This document shows, one piece after another, positions 18,614 to 28,727 of a stretch of 64,000 bases of DNA. The DNA lies in assembly GCA_934643455.1 (NCBI GenBank), contig CAKUBV010000001.1:258692-322691 (forward strand), in the 5' to 3' direction. The stretch comes from Candidatus Proelusimicrobium excrementi (GTDB lineage Bacteria > Elusimicrobiota > Elusimicrobia > Elusimicrobiales > Elusimicrobiaceae). The position numbers and the translations under genes were made by a program. The notes under the pieces were generated by a model that saw nothing but the letters and a program-made list of their open reading frames with translations, had not been told where the DNA came from and did not search any database. Positions within the stretch are counted from its first letter, which is position 1. Each line of letters opens with the position of its first letter.

Positions 18614-20570
18614 TTTCTTTCTCCGAAGGGTACCAGCGGTCTTCCTTTATCAAAGTAAATACGGTTTTATCCAAAGAAAGCAATTCTTCTTCCGCTTTTG
18701 TTTTGTCAAAAGTTCCTTCGTATGTTTCTTCTTCCAAGGCCTTTTCCCTGGTGTGCCTTATCGCGCCGCCATTTTTGATAAGCCCTATCGTATAGCCGTC
18801 GGCAAAGAGAGCGCGTCTTTCTCCGTCTTCCGCAAACAGCGTTTTGCCGGCCGCGGAATAAGGCTCCTGCAGGCGGAGCAGGTCAAAAAGCGTAGGCAGA
18901 ATATCCAGCTGAGATCCCAGCGTATCGCTTTTTTGCGCTTTAACGTATTTCGGCGCATATATAAGGAAAGGTATATGATATTTTTCCTTAATATTGCCGT
19001 TTCGGTTGAAAGTGTGATCCGCCACAAAAATAAATACGGTATCGTAGAACCAAGGTTCTTTGCGGGCCTCTTCAATAAAGTAACCTATGGAATAATCCGC
19101 AAACAAGAGGGAATTTAAGTATTTGTTTTCCTCGGTGGTATTAGGATATTTGTCAAAACCTTCCAAATAGCCCAAATAGGGCGTATGCGTAATACCCGTG
19201 AAAGCGAAAACAAAGAAGGGCTCCTCCCGTCCGCGCAGTTTTTCTGCCAAGAGGTGATACATATCATAATCATATCCGTATCCCTCCGCTTTGGCGTAAT
19301 TAAATTGCTTTGGCATATCTTCCATGCCGTAAATTTCTTCAAAGCCCAGCAGCTCGGCGGATTTATCCAAATTAAAGGAAGAACGCTGGGAAGTCTGCGC
19401 GAATATCGTCCTGTATCCCTTGTTTTTCAAGATTTGAGGAAGTTTCGTCATGGAAGTGTTTTGAAGGCCGTAGCCGAGTTTTTGCATTTTCGGCAGAGCC
19501 GGTATCCCGGTTAAAACAGCCGTTATGCCCTGCAGGCTTCTTAATTCAAAAGCGTAAAAATTATTAAAGTAGCTGCCGTACTTTACCAATTTGTCGAAAT
19601 TCGGCGTAACGCCGTAAGCTGTACCGTTGACGGAATCTATGTAATTGGGCACCCATGATTCCAGCGCGACTATCACCACGTTAAGCGGTTTTTTATAGGG
19701 CTTCGCGTTTTTAAATTTACGCATCAGCGGGTACTGATAAGGCATGGGGGATTCTTCCCTTTCGGAAGAAAGCATTTTTACGGTTTCTTCGGTAGCTAGG
19801 TTTATATCGCGCGCATTTTCGGCCATATAGTTGCCCTGGCTGATAACGCTGTAAGAAGTAAAAATGCCGTTTAAAGCCAAATCGGCCGCCATGCTGGTAT
19901 CGGCGTTTTTATAAGCGTCGGGGATATTTAAAGGCGTTTTGCCGGCTTTGCCGTATATGCCGAAAGCCGCCAAAAGTATGAAGATAAAATAAAACAGAAT
20001 TTCCTTCCGGCCCATAAATTTCGGCTTGTCGTAATAAATGTTTATTATCGTATTGACCAGCCAAATAAAGAACGCGAAAGCGAAAATCAACAACAGCAAA
20101 ATCCATAAACCGGGGCCGAAAGCGTAGCCGACTATAAAAGAAAAGTCATTGCCCAAACTTAAAAGCTCTTCGCCCATGTGGCGTTTTACGTAACCGAAGT
20201 ATATCAAATCCGCGGTAAGAAGCGCGCCCGACAAAACAAATTCAGCGCAGAGGGCGAAAGTCCACGTCTTAAGCCATTTCCTCGATTTTACGGGCAAAAT
20301 CATCATAAAAATCAAAGGAAAGACGAATAAAGCTATGGCGGAAAAATCAAACCTGAGCCCGCTTAAAAAAGCCGTAAAAGTCTGCCAAAAAGAGAGCTTT
20401 TCGAAAAAAGAATAATTAAAACAAAAAAGCAAAAATCTTTCAAAGCTGAACAGCGCAAAGAAAGCAAAGACAAAAAACAGCGCGGCTTTAAACCTAAGCT
20501 GAAGCGTGGCGCCGCGTCTGGCCAATTTTATGTGTCGGTATCTCATTTTTAATCTTCCGTTTTTGAACAA
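18591..20570 (-). CDS. LtaS/EptA-like sulfatase-fold membrane transferase (paralog)
   Basis: Same architecture as adjacent gene; overlapping start/stop. Confidence 0.6.
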   Translation of the reverse strand: MFKNGRLKMRYRHIKLARRGATLQLRFKAALFFVFAFFALFSFERFLLFCFNYSFFEKLSFWQTFTAFLSGLRFDFSAIALFVFPLIFMMILPVKSRKWLKTWTFALCAEFVLSGALLTADLIYFGYVKRHMGEELLSLGNDFSFIVGYAFGPGLWILLLLIFAFAFFIWLVNTIINIYYDKPKFMGRKEILFYFIFILLAAFGIYGKAGKTPLNIPDAYKNADTSMAADLALNGIFTSYSVISQGNYMAENARDINLATEETVKMLSSEREESPMPYQYPLMRKFKNAKPYKKPLNVVIVALESWVPNYIDSVNGTAYGVTPNFDKLVKYGSYFNNFYAFELRSLQGITAVLTGIPALPKMQKLGYGLQNTSMTKLPQILKNKGYRTIFAQTSQRSSFNLDKSAELLGFEEIYGMEDMPKQFNYAKAEGYGYDYDMYHLLAEKLRGREEPFFVFAFTGITHTPYLGYLEGFDKYPNTTEENKYLNSLLFADYSIGYFIEEARKEPWFYDTVFIFVADHTFNRNGNIKEKYHIPFLIYAPKYVKAQKSDTLGSQLDILPTLFDLLRLQEPYSAAGKTLFAEDGERRALFADGYTIGLIKNGGAIRHTREKALEEETYEGTFDKTKAEEELLSLDKTVFTLIKEDRWYPSEKENDAKNSD

Positions 20571-21745
20571 ATTATTTTATATTCTTCAGTAAATTCCGCC
20601 AAGTCCGAAAGTATTTTATGCTGCTCGGGCGTAAGCGAACCGCTCTCAAGCAAAGCTTTAATACTGCCCAAAGTGGGCACTAAAGTTTTGCCGAGCAAAT
20701 TTAAACTTTTTAAGGTTTGGACGGTCTTTTCTTTATCTTTAAAATCAATATTGCGGGTTTTTTGAAGGGAAACTTCAAACTCCTTGCCGAAATGCCTGTT
20801 AAGCCCGTTGTCTTTCATGGCGGAAGTTATTTCCTTTTCCAGTTTTTTCGCTTCGGCCAAAGCTTTGCCGTAAGCGTCTATCTTTGATGAAAGCGCCTCA
20901 AGCGGGTCCTGCGGGGGCAAAGGCTCTTGCCCGTAATCTTCCGCGGAGAACCCCTGTTCCTCCGCCGGGCTTAAACGCCAAACCGGGCACATATCTTTAT
21001 AATCGCAGAAGCGGCATTTCGTTTCGCCCGGATCCGGTGCGAATTTGCCGGCCTTTATATCGGCCGCTACGCCCAAAACGCGGGCCCAAAACTCGTCCAT
21101 TTCTTCCTTGGAAGCCGGCTCAAAAACCTGGGAATCCAAACTGGGCAAATGGTAAAAAGCCATATTGCCGAATTCTATTTTTTCCGCTTCGGGGTGGCGC
21201 GCTTTTACGATATCTTCCAGCTCTTTGTTGCCCGTCATGAGTTTTTGGTACATCATAAGCTGGTCCGGCTCGCGCGATATTTTTTTGCCGGTTTTATAAT
21301 CCAGTATTGAAACTTTTCCATCGCCCAAATAGTCAATGCGGTCCACTATGCCGATTACCGAAAGCCCGTCTATATCGACGGTGGTTCTAAATTCAGTCGC
21401 AATGGGGGAAAGGGTATCCGCAACGTGCTTGGCGTAATAAGCTTTTATTATTCTTACGCCTTCAAAGTATCCTTCGCTCTCTTTTAATTTGGAAGCGTAT
21501 CCTTTATCGGAATAGGAAGTGGACTCCCAGTCGTTTTTAAAAAAAGCCAAAACGTTTTCCAAAGGGGGGAAAGGCGGCTTTAAAGAGGAATAAAGATATT
21601 CCATGGTTTTATGCAAAGCCGAACCGAAAGCGAAATAATATTTAGGTTTTTCCGGCAGTTTCAGAACATAACGAAACTTGTATTTTTGCGGACATTCTTT
21701 ATACATGCCCATTTTTGAATAAGAAAAGCTTAATTTGCCGGCCAT
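20549..21745 (-). CDS. PD-(D/E)XK nuclease superfamily protein, Cas4/AddB-like with Fe-S cysteines
   Basis: N-terminal YSKMGMYKECPQKYKFRY, DRID...ILDYKTGK core, C-terminal CRFCDYKDMCP; about 150-aa coiled-coil extension. Confidence 0.55.
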   Translation of the reverse strand: MAGKLSFSYSKMGMYKECPQKYKFRYVLKLPEKPKYYFAFGSALHKTMEYLYSSLKPPFPPLENVLAFFKNDWESTSYSDKGYASKLKESEGYFEGVRIIKAYYAKHVADTLSPIATEFRTTVDIDGLSVIGIVDRIDYLGDGKVSILDYKTGKKISREPDQLMMYQKLMTGNKELEDIVKARHPEAEKIEFGNMAFYHLPSLDSQVFEPASKEEMDEFWARVLGVAADIKAGKFAPDPGETKCRFCDYKDMCPVWRLSPAEEQGFSAEDYGQEPLPPQDPLEALSSKIDAYGKALAEAKKLEKEITSAMKDNGLNRHFGKEFEVSLQKTRNIDFKDKEKTVQTLKSLNLLGKTLVPTLGSIKALLESGSLTPEQHKILSDLAEFTEEYKIICSKTED

Positions 21746-21852
21746 AAAATCTCCTAAATATATCTAAATACATTTTAACATTTTATATTTAAATAAAAAC
21801 AATTAAGCCGCCGTATTTTACGGCGGCTTTAAAATTTACGGTTTGCTTCAGT

Positions 21853-22908
21853 TTAAAACAGCGTTGAAGCCCAATAAGCCGCGGCCGCTATCAAAGCGGA
21901 AGCCGGTATCGTTACCACCCACGCCCAGACGATTTTCCTGGCTACGCCCCAGCGCACCGCAGAAAATCTTTTGAAAGAACCTATCCCGACTATGCCGCCG
22001 GTTATGGTGTGCGTAGTGCTTACGGGTATGCCCAGCCAGGAAGACACAAACAAAGATATGGCCGCGCCCGATTCTGCGCAGAAGCCGTCTATAGGTTTTA
22101 TGCGGGTTACTTTTTGGCCCATGGTTTTTACTATGCGCCAGCCGCCGCTTAAAGTGCCCAAGGCGATGGCCAGCTGGCAGAGTACCGCCACAGATATAGG
22201 GATAAAGAAATCTTCCCCTGCGGCGTAGCGGGCTGCTTCGGAAGAAGTCATAAAAAAGTCCCTCACCATGCTGATATCGCCCGAGCCGGAGGCTATGCCC
22301 CCAAATAAAATCATAGATATCATACCCATGGTTTTCTGAGCGTCGTTGCCGCCGTGCCCCAAACTGTAAGCCGCAGCGGAAAAAAGCTGTCCTTTGCGGA
22401 ATATCCCGTCCACTTTAAAAGGATTGGAATGGGCGAAAATCCTAAAGACTATACTTGCTATAACTATGCCCATTACAAAGCCCATTACCGGGGCTATAAC
22501 GATAAAAGCCACGGTTTTAAGTATGCCGGAAGTTACCAAACTGGCCGGGCCGGCTTTAACCAAAGCCGCGCCGATAAGCCCGCCTATCAAAGCGTGCGAG
22601 GAGCTTGAAGGCAGCCCCCACCACCAAGTAAGCAAATTCCATATACACGCGCCCATAAGCGCGCCGAAGACCAAATTTGCGTCCACTATGGAAATATCGA
22701 CTATGCCGCTGCCTATGGTTTTTGCAACGCCCGTATGGAAGACGAACAAAGCCGCAAAGTTAAAAAATGCGGCCCACCATACGGCCAAGCGCGGGGATAA
22801 CACCCTCGTGGCCACCACGGTGGAAACGGAATTTGCGGCATCGTGAAAGCCGTTTAAATAATCAAAAAACAAAGCCAAAGCTATAAGGAAGAGTATCCAA
22901 ATCGCCAT
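21853..22908 (-). CDS. pitA: Inorganic phosphate transporter, PiT family
   Basis: GFHDAANSVSTVVATR signature plus C-terminal repeat of it. Confidence 0.8.
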   Translation of the reverse strand: MAIWILFLIALALFFDYLNGFHDAANSVSTVVATRVLSPRLAVWWAAFFNFAALFVFHTGVAKTIGSGIVDISIVDANLVFGALMGACIWNLLTWWWGLPSSSSHALIGGLIGAALVKAGPASLVTSGILKTVAFIVIAPVMGFVMGIVIASIVFRIFAHSNPFKVDGIFRKGQLFSAAAYSLGHGGNDAQKTMGMISMILFGGIASGSGDISMVRDFFMTSSEAARYAAGEDFFIPISVAVLCQLAIALGTLSGGWRIVKTMGQKVTRIKPIDGFCAESGAAISLFVSSWLGIPVSTTHTITGGIVGIGSFKRFSAVRWGVARKIVWAWVVTIPASALIAAAAYWASTLF

Positions 22909-22917
22909 AATCGCCTC

Positions 22918-23541
22918 TTAATTGTTCTTAACTATTATAGATTCCACTACGTTTGCCACGTGTTCGCACATATCGGTGACGTTTTCGGCTTCTTCAAAAA
23001 GTTCCTTTTGTTTGATTACGAGTATCGGGTTTGCGTTCGCGTCGTTAAGTATGCGGGATATGGCTTCGTCGCGGATTTCGTCGGCCATATTTTCCAAACG
23101 GTTGATTTCCACGCACTGTTTAAGCGTGTCTTTCATATTTTTGTTGCTTCTTAAAAAGTTTACCACTTTGCATACCGCTTTGGCGGAATTTTCAATTATT
23201 GAAGCCAATTTTTTGCTTTCTTCGGCCGGGGTGAATATTTTGTAAAGATAAAAGCGGTTGGTTATCATATAGATTCCGTCGATGATATTATCCATATTCT
23301 GCGCCAGGGAAAAGATGTCTTCCCGGTCAAACGGGGTAATAAAGCTCTCGTTTAGCATATTTAAGATATTATGGTTGATTTCGTCGCCGCGGTGTTCTAT
23401 GGCGTGCATTTTATCCACATTGTCGCGGCTGATATCGGGCGTATTGATTATTTTGTTAAAAAGCTGGGCGCCATCCAGCAGATTTTCGGCCTGTTTATCG
23501 AACAAGTCGAAGAATTTTACTTCTTTAGGCATAAATAACAT
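22918..23541 (-). CDS. PhoU-like/DUF47 phosphate-transport regulator
   Basis: Adjacent to pitA; AAGGAG RBS before Met at 23541; helical PhoU-like repeats. Confidence 0.55.
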   Translation of the reverse strand: MLFMPKEVKFFDLFDKQAENLLDGAQLFNKIINTPDISRDNVDKMHAIEHRGDEINHNILNMLNESFITPFDREDIFSLAQNMDNIIDGIYMITNRFYLYKIFTPAEESKKLASIIENSAKAVCKVVNFLRSNKNMKDTLKQCVEINRLENMADEIRDEAISRILNDANANPILVIKQKELFEEAENVTDMCEHVANVVESIIVKNN

Positions 23542-23823
23542 ATGTGTTTCTCCTTTATTTTTTATCCTTATTTGAAATCCGTTATAAAAAAAGAGCAGAC
23601 GCAAAAGTCTGCTCTATATACGCAACAAATTTGATACCCCGTTAAGCGGGATTGAATTGCTTGGTTTTGTTATTTTTGAACTTCGCTTATGATATTTCAT
23701 AAATTTAAGATATCTACCAAAATTATAACATAATTTTTTTACAAGTTAATAGGTCTTTGGACCCACGGGGATTTAGGGCCTTTTTCACTTGTAGCGGCGC
23801 GCCATATTAATTAATATAAGAAT

Positions 23824-26800
23824 ATGGGAGCGTATTTAAAGAAGTTTACCGCCGCGATTTTGGCTCTGTCTATGTTGATTCAGGGCGGGCTTCCGCTCCG
23901 CGCCGAGCCGAACTCTTTCGCTCCTGATTTTGAAAGTTCCTCTCAAGATTCCGGCAAACTGCTTATAAACACAAAATTCGCCTCTTTGGGCAATACTCTT
24001 TCTTTTGCGGCTTTTAAATACACAATGAACGGCGGAAACATCTTCGCTAAGACGGACGACGCCGCAATGAAAGCCTTATATTTTGACTACAAAAAATCCG
24101 TCGTTGCGGAAGAAGAAGCCGTAAGCGCGGCTTACGCCCATATAAACAAAGTGCACAAATACGGCCCCAAAAGCGCGTTAAATGTCTTAAAAAAAGGGAA
24201 AAACCAAAAAGGCGAAATTTGCGACTCCGGCAAATGCTTTGACGAAACCATTTACAACCGTGCGCTTTTAAGGGCTTTTTTAAGGTACGGCGCGGGCCTT
24301 GACAAGAGCAATAAAAAATGGCGTTGGAACCGCGAAATAATGCTTGAATACGCCAAGAATATTTATTTTCTCCTCAACGGCTACGGCGCAAGCGCGAACG
24401 ACACCGCTTTTGCACAAAAATACCTTCGCTATTTAATAGAAAAGACCGGCGACTGGTGCGACAATGACGTTTATATGGCCGATATCATGCCCGGCCTGGC
24501 GGGAGGAGGAGGCCGAGCCGACGCCAGAATCGGCAAAGAACGCCGCAAAAATTATTGCGAGAAAATGGGCTACGCCGCGCTGTCTTTGGCCTTGCTGGAA
24601 AATTTATCCGCGCAGGACTCTGATTTTAACGCCCGCCTGCTTTACAAGCAGTTAAAAGACAATTACCGTGAAGATTACGGCGCAATGGTTTTGGGCAATT
24701 ATGTAACAGCTTTATTGATGACGGGCACAAATACGTCCTTTTCCCTCTTGGAAAAGTTCTTGCTTAAAGACAGTCTTGCCGACGGCCTGAGGGTAGGCGG
24801 CGTTTGGCAGATTTTGGGCAGAGCTTTTGACATTATTTCAATAAAAGCGTGGGTGGATAAATTTACAGACGCAAACAACAAATTAAGAGGCCGCGGCGGC
24901 AGATATTTAAACGAAGTCGGCCTGCGCTTTCAGTATATAGACGAAGACACCGCCCGCTCATTCGGGTTTTCTTCTTTCAGCGTGTCTTTGGCGAAAGACG
25001 GCGTAAGCGGCTATAATATGCCTTACGGCAATATCCTTGAAGATTTGGGCGAACTTGTGGCCATGTGGCCGGATAAACGCGCGCTGAAAATCGCCAATAA
25101 GGCCGTAAACAATTACGCCTACGCTTTAAGGAAAGGCGACGCCGGCTACGCCTACGCGCATACCCCTTTTGTCGCGGGCGCAATAAAAAGCGGACGCGTA
25201 AAATCATACGAAGCCGCTTATACGGTAAACAAGCTTTATTCTCTTGACTGGTGGGACCTGAACGAAGGCACCCAACGCCGCATAAACAATTTGGCGGCGA
25301 AAGTTTCACGCGTATACGGAGCCGGCTATAAAGCGGAAAAAACAAAAGACGCCATGAAAGCCGCACGCGCCGCAAGAAACAAAAAAATATCCGAACTCGC
25401 CGTTTGGGGCGATATCCTTGTAAGCGCGGTGCTGATGACTTCTTTCGTAATCAGCATACCGTCTTTGGCGAGGGGGGCCTCTTCCTTTATAAAAAGTTTT
25501 TCGGCTTCAAGATCTTTAAGGGCGGCGCGCATAGCAAAAATAAGAGCCGCCGGAAAAGGAAATTTGCTTCATAAGGTAAGCTCCGGCAAAAGAGTTCCCG
25601 CGGCGGCCTCCACGGTAAAAACCGGCGCAGCAAAGCCTGCGGGAGCCAAACCGCGCACAGCAGCGCCCGCACCAAAAAAATCTCCCGCGGCAGCAAAGGG
25701 GCCAAAAGCTAAAAAAGCCGAAACTCTTTCTTCTGTAGCCAAGAAGCGCAGAGCGGCCGACAGACCCGTCAACCCGGCCTCTCCCAAGAAAGGCGCAGAG
25801 CCCGCCAATCAAACCGTTACGGGCCAAGTCAACCTTTCCGAACAAGCAGGGCAAAACATTACGGATATGTCTGCACGCCCCGAGAATCTGACAGTTTCAA
25901 TCGGGGAAGGCTCAGGTGGGGGGACACACGGCGGAGCATCGGCACGGCTTACAAGGGAACAGAGGCTTCTCAGAGCAAAGATTGAAGCCGAACAGAAACT
26001 CCGCCTTGCGCAGGAAGCCATTGAACTCAGCCAGCCTTTCGGCCCGCAAAAACCGTTTAAAGGCGGTTGGTTTTTTAATAAGCCTTATAAAGAACTGCCG
26101 GCTTGGAAGCGTTTTGCTTTTGATAATTATTTTGCTTGGGTTTTGCCCTCTTTTGATATTACAGCGCAAACGGCGGCGGGGGCGATAAGAAATCCCGGCA
26201 AAGCCGTTTCGGGCTTAAGTTTAAGCGGTGCGCCGGCCGTAAATTTATTTACGCCTTCCGTGGCGATAGTTCAGTACGAACGCGCTCCGCAGGCAATAGC
26301 CAACGCCGCTTATTTGCTTAAAGAAAGCGCGGATATACCTTTGACGATAACCCGCGTTACGCCTTCTTTAACCACGGTGGAAGCTTTTTCTGGCGCGCTT
26401 AAAACGGCCGGAACGGCGGGGCAAAGCGCGAATGCCGGGCATAGGGTTTTATCCATACTTTCTCTGCCGCGCATAGAAGGCGTTTTAAATGAATTTCACG
26501 GCGGTAATTCCGGCAGGATCGACAATTACCGCGGCCGCGGATTTACGCCTGCGGCAGGCAATTACTTTACAGTTTCGGCGGGGACGAATTTAACCGCGCC
26601 GATTCAGTCCCCGTTTGATATAAAGGCTCCGGCGCCGGTTAAAAAAGCGGAAAAAGGCTTTGCCGCTTGTGAACGTTTCGCCGCCCAAATACTGAAAAAA
26701 CGCTCCAATAACAAGGCCAACAGGGCAAGATATTCCAATCTTATGAGCATAGCGAAATATATCTCGCCCAGGCTCAGCGCGGAACTTATAGAAATAATAG

Positions 26801-28719
26801 ATCAAAACCCTTACGGCACTCAGACTTTCGACAGTTTCTTTGAAGCCGTTTTAAACCTGCTTGAAGATTTGCGGCCCGGCCAAATTATAGCGCTTGCGGC
26901 CGATAAAATACCCTCGCCCAGAACCGCCCCCTTGGAAGATTCCGCCGTGGCGAATATGCTTATCATAGAAGATACCCCCCTTGAAGATGTTTTTAACTAT
27001 GTATCCTCTTCCGGTAATTTTATGGTGGCTTCCGCTTTAAACAGAGCTTTGCAGCTGCCGCGCGAAGCGCAGGACAGAGTTCTTTCCAATTTAATTGACA
27101 TCGCTTTGCAGAAGAGAAGCGCCGGCGCGCCTAAGAAATCTTATCTTATAGGCGTCAGCGGGGACGCTTACGAATGGGAAGATTTTTCAAAAGACGACTT
27201 GGTCGAACTTGCTTTGGGCAAGGAGGTTAAAAAAGATTTAATAAAGGAACTTTCCATTAAAAAAGGACGCGGCGATTATAAGCATTTTCTTTCCGGATAC
27301 AAAGACTGGCTGGTATCCGTACTCGGCGCAACGCGCGAAACCCCGGCCGTTATATTTGAAAACGCCCAAGGCACCTTCTTTATTTACAGCCATGACGGTC
27401 TCCGCCGCATAAGAATAGGCGGGCATGAACTGCTGCTTTCAAGAAAGGTAAACTACCATTTCCATCTAGAATACAGAAACGGCGTTGACGGCGCGTGGCA
27501 GGGGCCTTTAAATTACGTATACGCTTGGTCCAACCAAAATATGCTGCCTTCGGATGTACTGCGTGATATGCTGGAAACCCCGGTCCAATCCATGAAGTCG
27601 CGCGGAGTTTTAATTGACAAAACCGATTTCGACCGGCAGTTTAGAAGCAATTTTATTCCGCAGGCCCCGGGCGGCGGCGATGCGGATTTTATCAGCGGTC
27701 TTTATCTCTCCGCATATCCCGAAAAGCCGGCCTCGTCCGGCGTGGCTCCTTTCGCGGGCAAGTTTAAAGGTTGGCAAAACGCCCTTATCCCCAATATGAC
27801 GATGAGGGGGCTCTCATACGTACCGGCAAGAACGCCGGAACGACAAGCTTTCTACGCGGGAATAAAAAAGGATTTGGCGGGGCTTTTCGGACGGGAAGAT
27901 TATCTTGCGCCATGGCGCAATAAGCTTGGCGGATATGACGTTTCTGCTTATAAAAACAGTACATTTTCCGTCATTACGCCTTCTTATATGACGGGTACGG
28001 CATTCTTTACGGAATATTTGGGAATGCGCTTACTGCTTACAAACAGCCATGTGGTGGGCAAATCAAAAAGCGTAACTTTGACGGACTCGGACGGGGAAGA
28101 ATTTGAAGCCGACGTAATAGCCAGAACCACGGAGCGCGACGCATTGGATTTGGCCCTTCTTCTTCCGCGCAAGCAAAGTATTTTTGAGGGCCGCACGCCT
28201 TTAAATCTTTCTTTACGCCCTATTGAAGGGTTTGGCAGCGAACTTTATCTTATGGGATACCCGGGCGACGCGCGGGCTTTTAATAAAAAAGCCATGCTCT
28301 TTATAGAACAGGATTATACCGGCCGCTACCCCGCTTTAACCGCCGTACCCGCGGCGACGGGCGGCAATTCCGGCGGGCCTTTAATGGTGAGGACCCAAAA
28401 CAGCGATTACGCAGCCGGCATTATGCAAAGTTCCAGCCAGGTAAGCAGCCATTTTATACCGTCTTCAACCGTAAAAAGCTTTTTAAAGAAAACGGTAAAA
28501 CTCGGTCTTTCCAACCCTGAGTTTGACAATAATATTTTTTACGGAGCCGGGCTTTTTGCACCGAGGCCTTCCCTAAGGCAAATGTTTACGATTGACGCAG
28601 GCTTTTGGAGACAAAGCCTTTTAGAGGGCGGCGGCAAAGCGGTGCCCGGTTTCGGTTTTACTCCGGGCGCAAAAATAGAAAGCAAATATATGCCGGTAAT
28701 TCTTACGCCAAATAAATAA
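23824..28719 (+). CDS. Very large exported/membrane protein with C-terminal HtrA-like trypsin serine protease domain
   Basis: N-terminal signal peptide; internal TM near residue 520; K/A/P-rich linker; TNSHVV (His), DLALL (Asp), GNSGGPL (Ser) triad at C-terminus. Confidence 0.5.
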   Translation: MGAYLKKFTAAILALSMLIQGGLPLRAEPNSFAPDFESSSQDSGKLLINTKFASLGNTLSFAAFKYTMNGGNIFAKTDDAAMKALYFDYKKSVVAEEEAVSAAYAHINKVHKYGPKSALNVLKKGKNQKGEICDSGKCFDETIYNRALLRAFLRYGAGLDKSNKKWRWNREIMLEYAKNIYFLLNGYGASANDTAFAQKYLRYLIEKTGDWCDNDVYMADIMPGLAGGGGRADARIGKERRKNYCEKMGYAALSLALLENLSAQDSDFNARLLYKQLKDNYREDYGAMVLGNYVTALLMTGTNTSFSLLEKFLLKDSLADGLRVGGVWQILGRAFDIISIKAWVDKFTDANNKLRGRGGRYLNEVGLRFQYIDEDTARSFGFSSFSVSLAKDGVSGYNMPYGNILEDLGELVAMWPDKRALKIANKAVNNYAYALRKGDAGYAYAHTPFVAGAIKSGRVKSYEAAYTVNKLYSLDWWDLNEGTQRRINNLAAKVSRVYGAGYKAEKTKDAMKAARAARNKKISELAVWGDILVSAVLMTSFVISIPSLARGASSFIKSFSASRSLRAARIAKIRAAGKGNLLHKVSSGKRVPAAASTVKTGAAKPAGAKPRTAAPAPKKSPAAAKGPKAKKAETLSSVAKKRRAADRPVNPASPKKGAEPANQTVTGQVNLSEQAGQNITDMSARPENLTVSIGEGSGGGTHGGASARLTREQRLLRAKIEAEQKLRLAQEAIELSQPFGPQKPFKGGWFFNKPYKELPAWKRFAFDNYFAWVLPSFDITAQTAAGAIRNPGKAVSGLSLSGAPAVNLFTPSVAIVQYERAPQAIANAAYLLKESADIPLTITRVTPSLTTVEAFSGALKTAGTAGQSANAGHRVLSILSLPRIEGVLNEFHGGNSGRIDNYRGRGFTPAAGNYFTVSAGTNLTAPIQSPFDIKAPAPVKKAEKGFAACERFAAQILKKRSNNKANRARYSNLMSIAKYISPRLSAELIEIIDQNPYGTQTFDSFFEAVLNLLEDLRPGQIIALAADKIPSPRTAPLEDSAVANMLIIEDTPLEDVFNYVSSSGNFMVASALNRALQLPREAQDRVLSNLIDIALQKRSAGAPKKSYLIGVSGDAYEWEDFSKDDLVELALGKEVKKDLIKELSIKKGRGDYKHFLSGYKDWLVSVLGATRETPAVIFENAQGTFFIYSHDGLRRIRIGGHELLLSRKVNYHFHLEYRNGVDGAWQGPLNYVYAWSNQNMLPSDVLRDMLETPVQSMKSRGVLIDKTDFDRQFRSNFIPQAPGGGDADFISGLYLSAYPEKPASSGVAPFAGKFKGWQNALIPNMTMRGLSYVPARTPERQAFYAGIKKDLAGLFGREDYLAPWRNKLGGYDVSAYKNSTFSVITPSYMTGTAFFTEYLGMRLLLTNSHVVGKSKSVTLTDSDGEEFEADVIARTTERDALDLALLLPRKQSIFEGRTPLNLSLRPIEGFGSELYLMGYPGDARAFNKKAMLFIEQDYTGRYPALTAVPAATGGNSGGPLMVRTQNSDYAAGIMQSSSQVSSHFIPSSTVKSFLKKTVKLGLSNPEFDNNIFYGAGLFAPRPSLRQMFTIDAGFWRQSLLEGGGKAVPGFGFTPGAKIESKYMPVILTPNK

Positions 28720-28727
28720 CTCTCGGC

